IMG/VR virus record: IMGVR_UViG_3300034137_000024 | Span: 17,491 to 81,490 of that record | DNA length: 64,000 bases | From: a virus | Strand: one strand, 5' to 3' | Shown: positions 36,496 to 45,652 of the stretch, piece after piece | Layout: every line of letters begins with the position of its first letter | Position numbering within the stretch: the first letter of the stretch is position 1 | Notes under the pieces: generated by a model | What the model was told of the DNA's origin: nothing | The model's database searches: none | The model's input: the letters and a program-made list of their open reading frames with translations, nothing else | Position numbers and translations under genes: made by a program

Positions 36496-37131
36496 TCAGC
36501 GACCAAGCAAATCGAATTTGCGCAACACAACCGCTTTAGGCAGGCGGACGCCGTTGTGCAGGTTCCGATTTCGGGGCAGTTCCTGATAGATGAAGTAATC
36601 GATCAGTTTGGTGCCGGTGATCGAGTACGTGGTGCCGTCTGGCGGAGCGCCGTCCGACCAAGACAGGCTTCCCGACACATCCACCGTGGGGATGCCACCC
36701 TCGATCAGGGCGGTACCGGTTGAATCCTTCCAGAACACCCGCTCGATCGACTCCACCCGGAACGACAGGCGCTCATTCGGTGCAGCCCGGATTAAGGGCG
36801 CTGAGAACCGATCGGTCGCATTACGCGCTGTCACCCGGTCAAACTGGCCAGCGTCCCAAATGACAGAGTTCTGTGGCACGCTGAGCACCAAGTCGCCGCT
36901 TTCATAAAGGCCCGATTTGGCCCATTCCATCTGCGTGCGCTGACTGGCGGCGGCCGCGCCTGCCTCGACCGGCTCCAGCCAGTAATGCCCCTTGCCGCTG
37001 CAAATCTTGCAGCGGGCATCCGGTGCGCCCGAGCTTGCGCTGTGACAGGCGCAGGAATAGGACCGCCAGAACAGGAACTGCTGCCCCATGTTCCCCAGGT
37101 GCCGGTCAAACCGCGTTGAACTGAATCGCAT
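36496..37131 (-). CDS. Head completion / neck protein with zinc finger
   Basis: C.C......PD..C.IC.GKG. Confidence 0.7.
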   Translation of the reverse strand: MRFSSTRFDRHLGNMGQQFLFWRSYSCACHSASSGAPDARCKICSGKGHYWLEPVEAGAAAASQRTQMEWAKSGLYESGDLVLSVPQNSVIWDAGQFDRVTARNATDRFSAPLIRAAPNERLSFRVESIERVFWKDSTGTALIEGGIPTVDVSGSLSWSDGAPPDGTTYSITGTKLIDYFIYQELPRNRNLHNGVRLPKAVVLRKFDLLGR

Positions 37132-37143
37132 ATGCCCTCCCCC

Positions 37144-38229
37144 TTAAAGCACCCGGATGCCGTGGATTTGCGTCATAAGGCCGCCGTTCGAGCCCTTCGG
37201 CCCGTTGAGGATTTCGTCGATAGAGTCATGGTAGGCCGACATATCGACCGACAGGGACTCGGACAGGCCGTCCGCCGAGATGGAACCGGACTGAGGCAGA
37301 TAGGCATCGCCTACAATCTTCAACACCGCCAGTTTCTTGATCACGTCCAGCAGTTCGGGGTACTTGGTCGATACGTCCGTCAGGCCGGCGGTGTATTCGA
37401 GCTCTATCATGTTCGGGATGCTCTGCGAGGCAAACATGCCGCCCAGGACGTACACCGACATGGTCGCAAATATCGCCGGGCTGTTTGGTACCAGGCGAAG
37501 GTGGCCATATCGATTGTCGGCCTTGATCCAGTCGGCAGGGATATCCATATAACCGTCGTTACTGGCCGGATAGTTAAAGCGCAGGCGCTCGACCGAGATA
37601 ATCGGTCGTTTCCGAGTAATGAAGTAGCCCCAGCGGTCCCCCTTGAACATCGACGGGTCGTAGTCATAGGGCGGATCAATCTCCCAGGCCATGCCATCCA
37701 AGGCCTCAATCTGGGCATCCGAAGGCGGTAACGGGAAGTAACGGGTGGGAACCAGCGGCACCCGGAGGGTGTGTGTTATTTCAGCCTCAGCCGTTCGCAC
37801 CTTCTCCCACAGGTAGTCGTCCGACACCTTCACGTCCTGCAGGACGCCGGCAGCGGCCGCCATCAGCCGATCGGTCCTGATCTCGTTTACTACGATATCT
37901 TTGATAAACAGGGAGGTTCGCGTGGCAGCGAAAAGCGTCTCGACGATCACGCGAAACCGCTTGATCCCCACGTCGCCGGAAAGGACGAGCATGGCGTCGC
38001 CAGGCGAAAGCGCTGAGGTTTGATCGGCAGTAAAGCTGACAGCCACCACACCGGAAGCCCAATCGGCGCCGGTGGAACTGTCGGAAACTGCAGTGGTTGC
38101 CACCAGTTCCGTTTTGCCGTCCATGCTAAAAATGCGGGCGCTCAGTGCCCCGCTGACTGCCAAGGCGCTGCCGTCTTGCTGCACCTGAACAGTGAAATTC
38201 GCCGCACTGCCGGCTATGAGTGTTGGCAT
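37144..38229 (-). CDS. Head-tail adaptor with extra N-terminal domain
   Basis: ...EAEI...L.V.L.P, EYTAG, S.S.DGLS.S.S. Confidence 0.7.
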   Translation of the reverse strand: MPTLIAGSAANFTVQVQQDGSALAVSGALSARIFSMDGKTELVATTAVSDSSTGADWASGVVAVSFTADQTSALSPGDAMLVLSGDVGIKRFRVIVETLFAATRTSLFIKDIVVNEIRTDRLMAAAAGVLQDVKVSDDYLWEKVRTAEAEITHTLRVPLVPTRYFPLPPSDAQIEALDGMAWEIDPPYDYDPSMFKGDRWGYFITRKRPIISVERLRFNYPASNDGYMDIPADWIKADNRYGHLRLVPNSPAIFATMSVYVLGGMFASQSIPNMIELEYTAGLTDVSTKYPELLDVIKKLAVLKIVGDAYLPQSGSISADGLSESLSVDMSAYHDSIDEILNGPKGSNGGLMTQIHGIRVL

Positions 38230-38244
38230 AGGGTCCACCTATAG

Positions 38245-38268
38245 AAAAGGCCGCACGGGGCGGCCTTT
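38245..38268 (-). terminator. Probable terminator
   Basis: AAAGGCCGC-acggg-GCGGCCTTT. Confidence 0.65.
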
Positions 38269-38285
38269 GTCGTGAAGTGCCAGGG

Positions 38286-39035
38286 TTAGCCGGCGGTGGC
38301 AGTTGTATCGACCGCAGCCGATTCAGTGCTGGCCGAAGCATCAGCTGCAACGGCAGTGTCAGCGACAGCGGTATCGGCTACAGCAGCGGTTTCAACCACG
38401 GCTGCAGTTTCAACAGTCGCCGACGCATCAGCGGCAGTGGTGTCGACCACAGTGGCAGTCTCGTCAGCATCAGCGGTTTCAACCACGGCGGCAGCGTCGT
38501 CAGTAACGGTAGTTTCAGCCACAGCAACAGCGACCGACTCATCAGCCACGGCAGCAGTCTCGACAGCAGCAGTCTCGTCGACCACGGCAACCGTTTCGGC
38601 GACAGCGATATCAGCGACAGCGGCGGACTCATCAGCTACAGCGGTTTCAGTTGCGGCAACAGCCTCGACGGCAACAGCGGCGTCAGCCACGGAAGCAGTG
38701 TCGGCAACCACAGTGGTATCAACCACAGCAGCAGTTTCAGCGACCGCGGACTCATCAGTGGCCACGGTTGCGTCAGCAGTAGCGACAGTGGTGTCGACCA
38801 CGGCGGCGGTTTCAGCCACAGCAACGGCAGCAGTAGCAGCCACGGCAGCGGCAGCCTTTGCCTCGTCCTGGCTTACCAGGTCGGCCAGTTCGCTCTCAGA
38901 GACGACCAGGGCCGCGAACTTCGCCTCGAGGGCCGCCAAGCGATCCTCCAGGTCGCCAAAAATATCACCGAGCGGGATACCGCCAGGCGCTACCTTGTTG
39001 AGCTGTTCGCGTTGGGAAGGGGTTCTGTAAATCAT
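38286..39035 (-). CDS. Low-complexity Ala/Val/Thr/Asp/Glu repeat protein
   Basis: About 60-aa folded N-terminus then about 190 aa of (E/D)TAAV(A/V)-like repeats. Confidence 0.7.
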   Translation of the reverse strand: MIYRTPSQREQLNKVAPGGIPLGDIFGDLEDRLAALEAKFAALVVSESELADLVSQDEAKAAAAVAATAAVAVAETAAVVDTTVATADATVATDESAVAETAAVVDTTVVADTASVADAAVAVEAVAATETAVADESAAVADIAVAETVAVVDETAAVETAAVADESVAVAVAETTVTDDAAAVVETADADETATVVDTTAADASATVETAAVVETAAVADTAVADTAVAADASASTESAAVDTTATAG

Positions 39036-39044
39036 CTGGAATCC

Positions 39045-39482
39045 TTAAAAAAGTGGTGCGTCAGCGGCAGAAGCCGCATCGGAATCAGGCTCTTCAGCCG
39101 AAGCGTCCGTGCCAGTGGCGGACCCGGTTTGATCACCCAGTTCATCGGTAACTGCAGGTTTGTCTCCGCCGGTTACCGCCACGGTAACCTCCGTGTCGTT
39201 ACCCTCAGTTGCCGCGCTCGCACCCGCCTTTGCCGCCGTTTTACGGGCTGGCTTCTGTGCCGCTGTCGCTACCTTCGCCGCTGGAGCGGCAAGGACTTCA
39301 ACCGGTGCCACATAGCCCGGGACTTCTTGATCTTCCGCAATCCTGTAGCCAGGAACTAACAGGAACCGGGCCGCAGTTACCTCGTCAACCTCCACAGAAA
39401 TGGAGCCAGAGGCATGGGTCTCGAACTTGACGCCGTTGAGCCGATCAAGAAGGGTGGGATGCTCGCGAATAACAAAGGGCAT
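39045..39482 (-). CDS. Hypothetical virion protein
   Basis: Follows the capsid gene; NGVKF, FLLVPGY. Confidence 0.7.
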   Translation of the reverse strand: MPFVIREHPTLLDRLNGVKFETHASGSISVEVDEVTAARFLLVPGYRIAEDQEVPGYVAPVEVLAAPAAKVATAAQKPARKTAAKAGASAATEGNDTEVTVAVTGGDKPAVTDELGDQTGSATGTDASAEEPDSDAASAADAPLF

Positions 39483-39500
39483 TGGTCTCTCTCTACTCAG

Positions 39501-39524
39501 AAAAGGGGCGGCCTGAGCCGCCCC
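39501..39524 (-). terminator. Terminator after the major capsid gene
   Basis: GGGGCGGC-ctga-GCCGCCCC with A-run on + strand. Confidence 0.75.
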
Positions 39525-39530
39525 GGTCGA

Positions 39531-40991
39531 TCAGCCGAACGGCAACCAGGTGGAAGTGCTTGGCAGGATGTTCTTGATCAGAACGTGCTGGTTACGCTTG
39601 GTGACGCGCAGATAACCGCAGATCATCTGCAACCACGGGATAACCGGGCTGTTCACCGCTGCCATCGGGATCTTCATCATCGGCAGGAACTGGCGCCAGG
39701 CGATCGCGTGGTCGGCTGGGTTCAGGTTCAGCGCGTAGGAGCACGCGGTGCCCGGAATTTCGCGGTTCAGGTCAGTGAAAGTCGTGGAGGAACCGCTTTT
39801 CGCAATGCGGGTCATTTCACGAACGTCCGACAGAACAGCGGTACCGTCCTTGCGGCCGCGATAGATCACGTAACCAGTCTCGGTCGCACCAGCCGAAGCG
39901 GTGATGGTCAGCGTCACGCTGCCACCGGCGGCGACAGTTACAGCGCCTTCGGCTGCGGTGATGGCTGCCGATTCACCCTTGTGGTTGATGCCTGTCACCC
40001 AGTACACGTACGCACCGGCGTGGGTCGATTCCCAGTAGGAGTCCGAACCGCCATCGGTAACAGCGACAGCGCTGAAGGCGGCAGGCTTGAACGCGGAGTT
40101 TGCAGCGGCGACTACGGCATGCGCGTTGTTGCGCAGTTCAAACGGAACCTGCAGCTTTTGGTCGCGAATGAATACGTCGCTGTTGGTCTTGATGGTGCCG
40201 TACGACGTCTGAATCGCGCTGACGTGGGTGCCCAGGACGGTGGAGCTTGCTGTGTTGCTCAGCAGCACGCGGAACGCCGGGTCCAGTTTCAGGTTGAGGT
40301 CGGTCTGCACGCTTGGCGGCATGTAGATGTCGGTCAGGGTGCCGAAGTTGCCGAAACCGAACACGGTCTCTGCTGCTTTAGCGATCGGGTCGATGCTCGA
40401 CAGCGCGCTGGCACGCATGTCGATAACGTGGTCCGTGCTATCCAGGCTTTCGATCTGCTGACGCAGGCCGGCGAAGGATTTCGGAGTGACCTCGTCGTTA
40501 CCCTCGAACATGCTGAACTCGATAGAGGTCAGTAGCTGCTTGGTACCATTGACCGATTCCAGCGATACAGCGTCCTGGATGTTGTTCTGCGATTGCAGAA
40601 CGATCGGCACCTTACGGTAGGTGGTCATGTACTTGACCTTACCGACACGGCGAGCGTAATCGCCCTCAGTTTCGGAGGCCGAGCCATCTTGGTCGTTGAA
40701 GCTATCGCCCAAGAAACCGCCAATGGACGACTGCTCGCTCCATTCGTCGATCACGGCAGTGGCTTTAGGCTTCTGCAGGGCGTTAAACAGGACGAAATGC
40801 TTGTTGTCCTGCACGGTCGCCTGCAGCGTGGTGTCCAGGGACTGGATACGCAGCGCAGAACCGCCAGTCATGCCAGAAACGTCGGTCTCATAACCGGCAT
40901 TCAGCGACTTTTGCAGTTCCGCCAGTTGATCCATGCCCATATCGCCGGCTTCGGTAGCACCGGAGAGGTTGGGGTTATTCAGGAAATCCAT
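39531..40991 (-). CDS. Major capsid protein (SPO1/phage K-like)
   Basis: LQKSLNAGY...GSALRIQSLD; follows protease and scaffold genes. Confidence 0.9.
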   Translation of the reverse strand: MDFLNNPNLSGATEAGDMGMDQLAELQKSLNAGYETDVSGMTGGSALRIQSLDTTLQATVQDNKHFVLFNALQKPKATAVIDEWSEQSSIGGFLGDSFNDQDGSASETEGDYARRVGKVKYMTTYRKVPIVLQSQNNIQDAVSLESVNGTKQLLTSIEFSMFEGNDEVTPKSFAGLRQQIESLDSTDHVIDMRASALSSIDPIAKAAETVFGFGNFGTLTDIYMPPSVQTDLNLKLDPAFRVLLSNTASSTVLGTHVSAIQTSYGTIKTNSDVFIRDQKLQVPFELRNNAHAVVAAANSAFKPAAFSAVAVTDGGSDSYWESTHAGAYVYWVTGINHKGESAAITAAEGAVTVAAGGSVTLTITASAGATETGYVIYRGRKDGTAVLSDVREMTRIAKSGSSTTFTDLNREIPGTACSYALNLNPADHAIAWRQFLPMMKIPMAAVNSPVIPWLQMICGYLRVTKRNQHVLIKNILPSTSTWLPFG

Positions 40992-41012
40992 CTAATGGGT
41001 GTCTCCGGTAAA

Positions 41013-41630
41013 TTAAATACGGGCCAGAACATCCGCCGGAATGGCGGTGCCGGACTGAATGGCGTTTTCTGCGCGAGCGACGTCGATGCCGCTGATCTTC
41101 CCGGCCTTCTGGGCGTCCAGGGCTTTAGCCAGAATCTCGGCCGGGGCCATCTGTGCGGGCTGGGATTTGCGCAAGGGCTGCTCGCCCGGGGCGGGCTTCT
41201 CGACGATTGCCAAGACGGTTTTGCGGCCGCGACCTTGGCCGGAGAGCTTCTCCAGCTGACCCTGCATCGATTTGAGAAGGGCGCCCTGCCCCTTGATGAG
41301 GTCGAGCATTGGGGTGATCGACTTAACCAGCATCTGGTCTTGGCCTTCGACGCGGTCGGCCAGTTCGTTGAGCGACTTAACCAGCTGCTCGGCATCGACC
41401 ACTTCGACGTTTTCGCCGTCGATGACCATGGATTTCTTGAGGTCAGCCGGGGCTACGCTTTCGTCGCCTTCGCCTTCACCCTTGCCTTTTGCGGCTGGGG
41501 CTTTCTCTTCTTCTTCCTCTTCTTCCTCGTCGTCGCCATCGCCGCCTTCGGCTGGCATGGATTTGGTGAGGGTGCTTTGTTCCGCTGCCAGGGCGTTAAT
41601 TTCGTCCAGCAGTTGGTCAAAATCGCTCAT
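41013..41630 (-). CDS. Capsid scaffolding protein
   Basis: Acidic helical protein with seven L-x-K-(S/A)-type motifs. Confidence 0.75.
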   Translation of the reverse strand: MSDFDQLLDEINALAAEQSTLTKSMPAEGGDGDDEEEEEEEEKAPAAKGKGEGEGDESVAPADLKKSMVIDGENVEVVDAEQLVKSLNELADRVEGQDQMLVKSITPMLDLIKGQGALLKSMQGQLEKLSGQGRGRKTVLAIVEKPAPGEQPLRKSQPAQMAPAEILAKALDAQKAGKISGIDVARAENAIQSGTAIPADVLARI

Positions 41631-42523
41631 TAAGAGCCTCGTTTCGTGAGTCTATTTTTCAAATCGCAAAGGAAGCGATTCACCCATTCAGTGGCCTCGT
41701 CTCCCGAGAGCCCGAATTGCTTGGTCGAATAGGCGATCAATCCCGCAGAGGTCTGAATCTTGGCGTCACGACCCCGCACGGCGGCCGACAGGCGATCGCG
41801 GAAGTCGAAGTAGGATTGAGGGATGCCGCCCATTGACTGAACGCGCAGGGCACTGCCGCCGGTGAGCGTTGCCGAGTCGGTGCCGTAACCGGCATCCAGC
41901 GACTTGAGGAACGCAAACCCGTTCGGGGTCCAGCTTTTCGCCAGCGCTCCGAAAGGAACGGTGGCAATACCGCTGACATGCTGGTTAACCGGCTGTTGAG
42001 AAATGCCGATGTTCGTCCAGCGGACCTTGCTGACAACGCCGATCTTCTGGCCAGTTTTGGGGTCCGTTTGAACCGATTTCGCCAGAACGGCACCACCTAC
42101 GCTGGGGTACCAGCGGCGTGGAGGGTTCAGCTGAGTCATCGACTCCCAAACTTGGTTTGCGCGCTCGGCCATAGGCGTGTCGCCCTTGTACAAGCGCGCT
42201 TTGACGAAGGTTGAGGCGCCCTTGACCACCACCTCATCGGGTACACCGATCTCCCAGAGCTCTGGTTGCGTGATGCCGTGGGCTTTAGCAACGGAGGGCA
42301 TCGACATATGGTTGATGTCAATGTTCCCGTAGCGAAGGAAGGTCTCGGCCGAGTCTTCAAGGGCCTTTGCCAGCACGATCTCGTCTTGCTGGTCACGGGC
42401 CTCGCGGGACGCTTCCAAGTAAATAAAGCGCTCGCCTTTCTCTTCACTGGGGCGCGCTTTGAACATGCCCTCAATGCTGAGGAAGTCGGGGATATGGGCC
42501 AGTAGGCTTTCGTCTTGATTCAT
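41630..42523 (-). CDS. Prohead protease
   Basis: AS.E.RDQQ.EIV, GNI..NH, SVGG; between portal and capsid genes. Confidence 0.82.
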   Translation of the reverse strand: MNQDESLLAHIPDFLSIEGMFKARPSEEKGERFIYLEASREARDQQDEIVLAKALEDSAETFLRYGNIDINHMSMPSVAKAHGITQPELWEIGVPDEVVVKGASTFVKARLYKGDTPMAERANQVWESMTQLNPPRRWYPSVGGAVLAKSVQTDPKTGQKIGVVSKVRWTNIGISQQPVNQHVSGIATVPFGALAKSWTPNGFAFLKSLDAGYGTDSATLTGGSALRVQSMGGIPQSYFDFRDRLSAAVRGRDAKIQTSAGLIAYSTKQFGLSGDEATEWVNRFLCDLKNRLTKRGS

Positions 42524-42530
42524 GGCGCCC

Positions 42531-42610
42531 AGTCTGTTGTCACGACTAGGGCACCGGCCCAGAGGGCTGCGGGGTGCAATTCACGGTTTGAGCGGTCGTG
42601 ACGCGAGGAT
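42531..42610. promoter_or_regulatory. Divergent pair of late-type promoters
   Basis: (-) GTCGTGAC-AA-CAGACT 42546-42531, ATG 7 nt later; (+) GTCGTGAC-GC-GAGGAT 42595-42610. Confidence 0.75.
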
Positions 42611-42642
42611 CACGACATCCCAAGCCTTAGAAATTCCCCCTA

Positions 42643-43302
42643 ATGGAAAGCAACCAATCATCCAAAGTCTGTCCATGCTGCAAGCAGGACAAACCTCTTG
42701 ACCAATTTGGGCGCTTGCGCGACGGCTACCAGCCCCGCTGCAAGCAATGCCGGAATGACCAACGAAAAGCCCGTTACAACGAGAACCGCGAAAAGGAACT
42801 GACCTGGCGCGCCCAGTACGTGACTAACAACCCGGACAAGTGCGCCGCCTATTCCAAGGAGTGGCGAGCCAAAAACCCGGAAAAAGCACGGTCGAAGTCC
42901 CGCGACTATTACCACCGCCATAAGGAGCAGTACCGCCAGCACGCGCTGCGCCTGAGTCGCGAAGCCTGCCGCACGCTGGCCGACAGCTACGTGCGCAAGG
43001 TCATCGCGTCCTTGGTTGGCTACGATGGCCACGAAATCACCCAGGTCGAGATCGAGCACGCCCGTCAGCGAATCCACGACAAGCGCAATGGCGTTGTCAC
43101 CCGCAAGGGGGCGTCCGACCAACGCCAGACGAATCGCGCATATCTGGCCACGGACCGCGCCGAGCTGTCCGACAGCTACGTGCGCCGCCTTATCCAGGCG
43201 TCGAAGGACTACCAGGGCGGCACGATCACCGTCGAGATGATCGAGCAGGCCCGCCAGCGGATCCTGGACAAACGGGACAGGCGGAAGCAGCGCGCCGAGT
43301 GA
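42643..43302 (+). CDS. Zinc-finger protein with duplicated C-terminal domain
   Basis: CPCCK..K....F...RCKQC; two L.DSYVR...IE.ARQRI.DKR repeats; no HNH catalytic motif. Confidence 0.75.
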   Translation: MESNQSSKVCPCCKQDKPLDQFGRLRDGYQPRCKQCRNDQRKARYNENREKELTWRAQYVTNNPDKCAAYSKEWRAKNPEKARSKSRDYYHRHKEQYRQHALRLSREACRTLADSYVRKVIASLVGYDGHEITQVEIEHARQRIHDKRNGVVTRKGASDQRQTNRAYLATDRAELSDSYVRRLIQASKDYQGGTITVEMIEQARQRILDKRDRRKQRAE

Positions 43303-43307
43303 CCATG

Positions 43308-43338
43308 AAAAGCCGCCCTACTGGGCGGCTTTGTTTTT
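43308..43338. terminator. Bidirectional terminator
   Basis: AAAAGCCGCCC-tact-GGGCGGCTTT between convergent genes. Confidence 0.8.
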
Positions 43339-43490
43339 GCTGATCGATTTGTCCAGTTCGTCCAAGGGGTGCCCCAGACCATCCTCGAACGCCTTGATAA
43401 TGGCCTCCATGTACGGGTCTTCGTCGCCCGGACAGGCGAACAAGCACCGATAAATGGCCCAGAACCACAGGCAGAACAGGATGTAGCCGA

Positions 43491-44168
43491 TCATTTGTCG
43501 GCAGCCTCGAGCACGCTGGTGACCTTATCGACCACCAGTCGGCCGCCGATCTTAACGCTCTGGTATTCCAACTTGGTGTACCACTGACCATCCGACTCGA
43601 TGTAGCACTCCCACCACTCATAGTGGCCTTCCAGATGCTTATTTTTGGCATAGAAGTGACAGCTCAGTGCGCCCGCCGGGTAGGTGAAGAGGTACACCAG
43701 GAATCCGACCAGGACAGGGATAATCATCCCTTTCAGCGCCGTCAGCAGGCCTCCAATGATTGCCTGGCGAAGGTTCGATTCGGTGTTGGTTGCGGTTTCG
43801 TTCATCGCGTTGCGTTTCCTCAGAAAATCAATAACGGCTCGGTTGTATTGGGCTTCAATCTCCACATCACCCCGGGCGATCGCCCCGGCCAAGCGATGCA
43901 CCCCATCCTCCACCCACAGGTAAGGCTCGCCAGAGGGCGTGCGATGCACGCGCACCTGAAGGGGAGTCTTGTCGCTGCTCAGGTAGAAAAATGCAGCCCG
44001 GCGCGTGTGAAGTGCCACGTCGGTGTGGTCCTCGCTGGGCTGCAACTGCTCGTACTTGATCTTGCGAGCGGTTGCGTAGGCGATAACCTCGTCCACCAGA
44101 AGGGGGCGCGATTGCCCCCAAACGGCGATGTCATAAGGGGATGGCAGGACGCCAACAGGGAGTTTCAT
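43491..44168 (-). CDS. ParB/Srx-like domain fused to a membrane domain
   Basis: VEDGVHRLAGA; TM segment; internal SD plus ATG at 43805. Confidence 0.65.
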   Translation of the reverse strand: MKLPVGVLPSPYDIAVWGQSRPLLVDEVIAYATARKIKYEQLQPSEDHTDVALHTRRAAFFYLSSDKTPLQVRVHRTPSGEPYLWVEDGVHRLAGAIARGDVEIEAQYNRAVIDFLRKRNAMNETATNTESNLRQAIIGGLLTALKGMIIPVLVGFLVYLFTYPAGALSCHFYAKNKHLEGHYEWWECYIESDGQWYTKLEYQSVKIGGRLVVDKVTSVLEAADK

Positions 44169-44197
44169 GGTCGTGGGTACCGAAGCGGGAAGCCCCC

Positions 44198-44213
44198 AGC
44201 TTGTTGTCACGAC
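44198..44213 (-). promoter_or_regulatory. Late-type promoter GTCGTGAC-AA-CAAGCT
   Basis: Intergenic consensus match. Confidence 0.7.
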
Positions 44214-44239
44214 CAACCAGTAACTGGCGGTAATTCCGG

Positions 44240-45382
44240 TCAGTTACCGGACAGCACTTTTTGCAGATACGCCCCAAATTCGGGGTCGTCACCCTCTAAA
44301 ATCTCCATCACAGCGACCCAGAACCCTCGACAGTTCGGGTGCGCCAGACCAGCAGGCAGGTGCCAAAGTTCGGCCTCTGTGCGCGGTACCAGTTCGTCAC
44401 CCACGCGCTTGCGCGGCGCCGCCGATCGGCCAATGTTGTTTTTCCCGGGCCAAACCATGGTCTCGCCGTCCTTGTCCGGAGCGTCGGCCGCCACAACAGT
44501 GGCCACCCGGCCATGAATTCGCTTGCAGAACGCGCAAGCGGTCTCGTACTGCTCGACGCGCTTAACCTTGGTGCCTGGCTTGAGGCTGGCAATGAAACCT
44601 TGGGTCTGGCATTCGCCGGCCTCGGTGACTGCGATTCGGCGCCAGTCGCGATTAAGGCTGGCGAAGTCGTCGAAAAGCTCGGTTTCAAGCGACGGTAACT
44701 GCCCGGTGGTTTCCGCCAGTTCCAGCTGCTGCATCACGGTCTGGCGCAACTGGTGGCGGGCCTTGTCGGTCAGGGCGCGCACGTTTTCACCGGCGCGCAC
44801 CTCGGCAAACTCCATGGCCGACTTTTGCTGCTTGGATAGATCGAACTGACTGGCAGCCGCCTCCGGCGTCGACGGCAGTGCAGCCAGGATCTTGTCAGCG
44901 TTCTGGGGCGTTACCAGTTTGGCGTCCAGATTTGCCTGGACCTTGCCCATCAGCACCGCCCGAGTCGCCAGCCACTGGGCCTCGGTCTTGAGCTCCTCCG
45001 CTGGCAAGTAGCGCTGCACGACGTAATCGACCGCCATCATGTGGTCCTTGACTCCCCACTTACCCGGCGGCAGCGCTTCCAGGTACAGCTTGACCAGAGA
45101 AAGCTCGTCGTCCGTCCAGCGCACCATCATCCCAGGCGCAGTGGAGGGTTTCGCGTCAGGGTTGTGGTGCTTGCCTTGCTGCCAGGCGGAAAGCTGCGTC
45201 TTGACGTGCTCCAGGCGATCGAGACCGCGCTTTGTGAACAGTTCGATTAGGCGCCGGATGAGCACGGACTCATGGGCGTCCCAAATACCGGCCCCCCGAT
45301 CACCACGGGCGGCGGACTTGTAGATGAACTCCAAGGCGTCATCGGTTGCCAGGGGGCTCAGTAGTTGCAGGTCTATGTACAT
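44240..45382 (-). CDS. Head morphogenesis protein (MuF/SPP1 gp7-like)
   Basis: RDWRRIAVTE, ACAFC, HPNCRG.W; next to the portal. Confidence 0.8.
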   Translation of the reverse strand: MYIDLQLLSPLATDDALEFIYKSAARGDRGAGIWDAHESVLIRRLIELFTKRGLDRLEHVKTQLSAWQQGKHHNPDAKPSTAPGMMVRWTDDELSLVKLYLEALPPGKWGVKDHMMAVDYVVQRYLPAEELKTEAQWLATRAVLMGKVQANLDAKLVTPQNADKILAALPSTPEAAASQFDLSKQQKSAMEFAEVRAGENVRALTDKARHQLRQTVMQQLELAETTGQLPSLETELFDDFASLNRDWRRIAVTEAGECQTQGFIASLKPGTKVKRVEQYETACAFCKRIHGRVATVVAADAPDKDGETMVWPGKNNIGRSAAPRKRVGDELVPRTEAELWHLPAGLAHPNCRGFWVAVMEILEGDDPEFGAYLQKVLSGN

Positions 45383-45405
45383 CGGCGCGATCCAGATCCG
45401 GGGCC

Positions 45406-45615
45406 AAAAAAAAGCCCGACCGTTATGACCCGGCCGGGCTTGGGTGCTTCGATCCGACTACCACGACGAACGTGGCTCAAAGCTGCGGGGTTGCTATGCC
45501 TTCCGTACTGCGTTACCGCAGCCGTCTCCCGAGCAGGGCGGGCTGATAAGTGTCCCAGAGGATTAACCCCCTCTGGCCCGGTAAGGCTTCCCGGGATCGT
45601 TGGGCCGTCTTGCTA
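45406..45615 (-). ncRNA. Candidate structured RNA / attenuator between portal and MuF genes
   Basis: ATG-free on - strand, five hairpins, motif variant upstream (45622-45637), intrinsic terminator 45406-45441. Confidence 0.45.
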
Positions 45616-45652
45616 CAGGCAATTAGGCTGTCACGACCTGAGCCTGCGCCAT

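Noticed and set aside
38277-39359. Long + strand Ser/Gly- or Ala/Thr-rich ORFs
   Set aside because: Reverse-frame artefacts of the low-complexity repeat gene, which lies on the operon strand.
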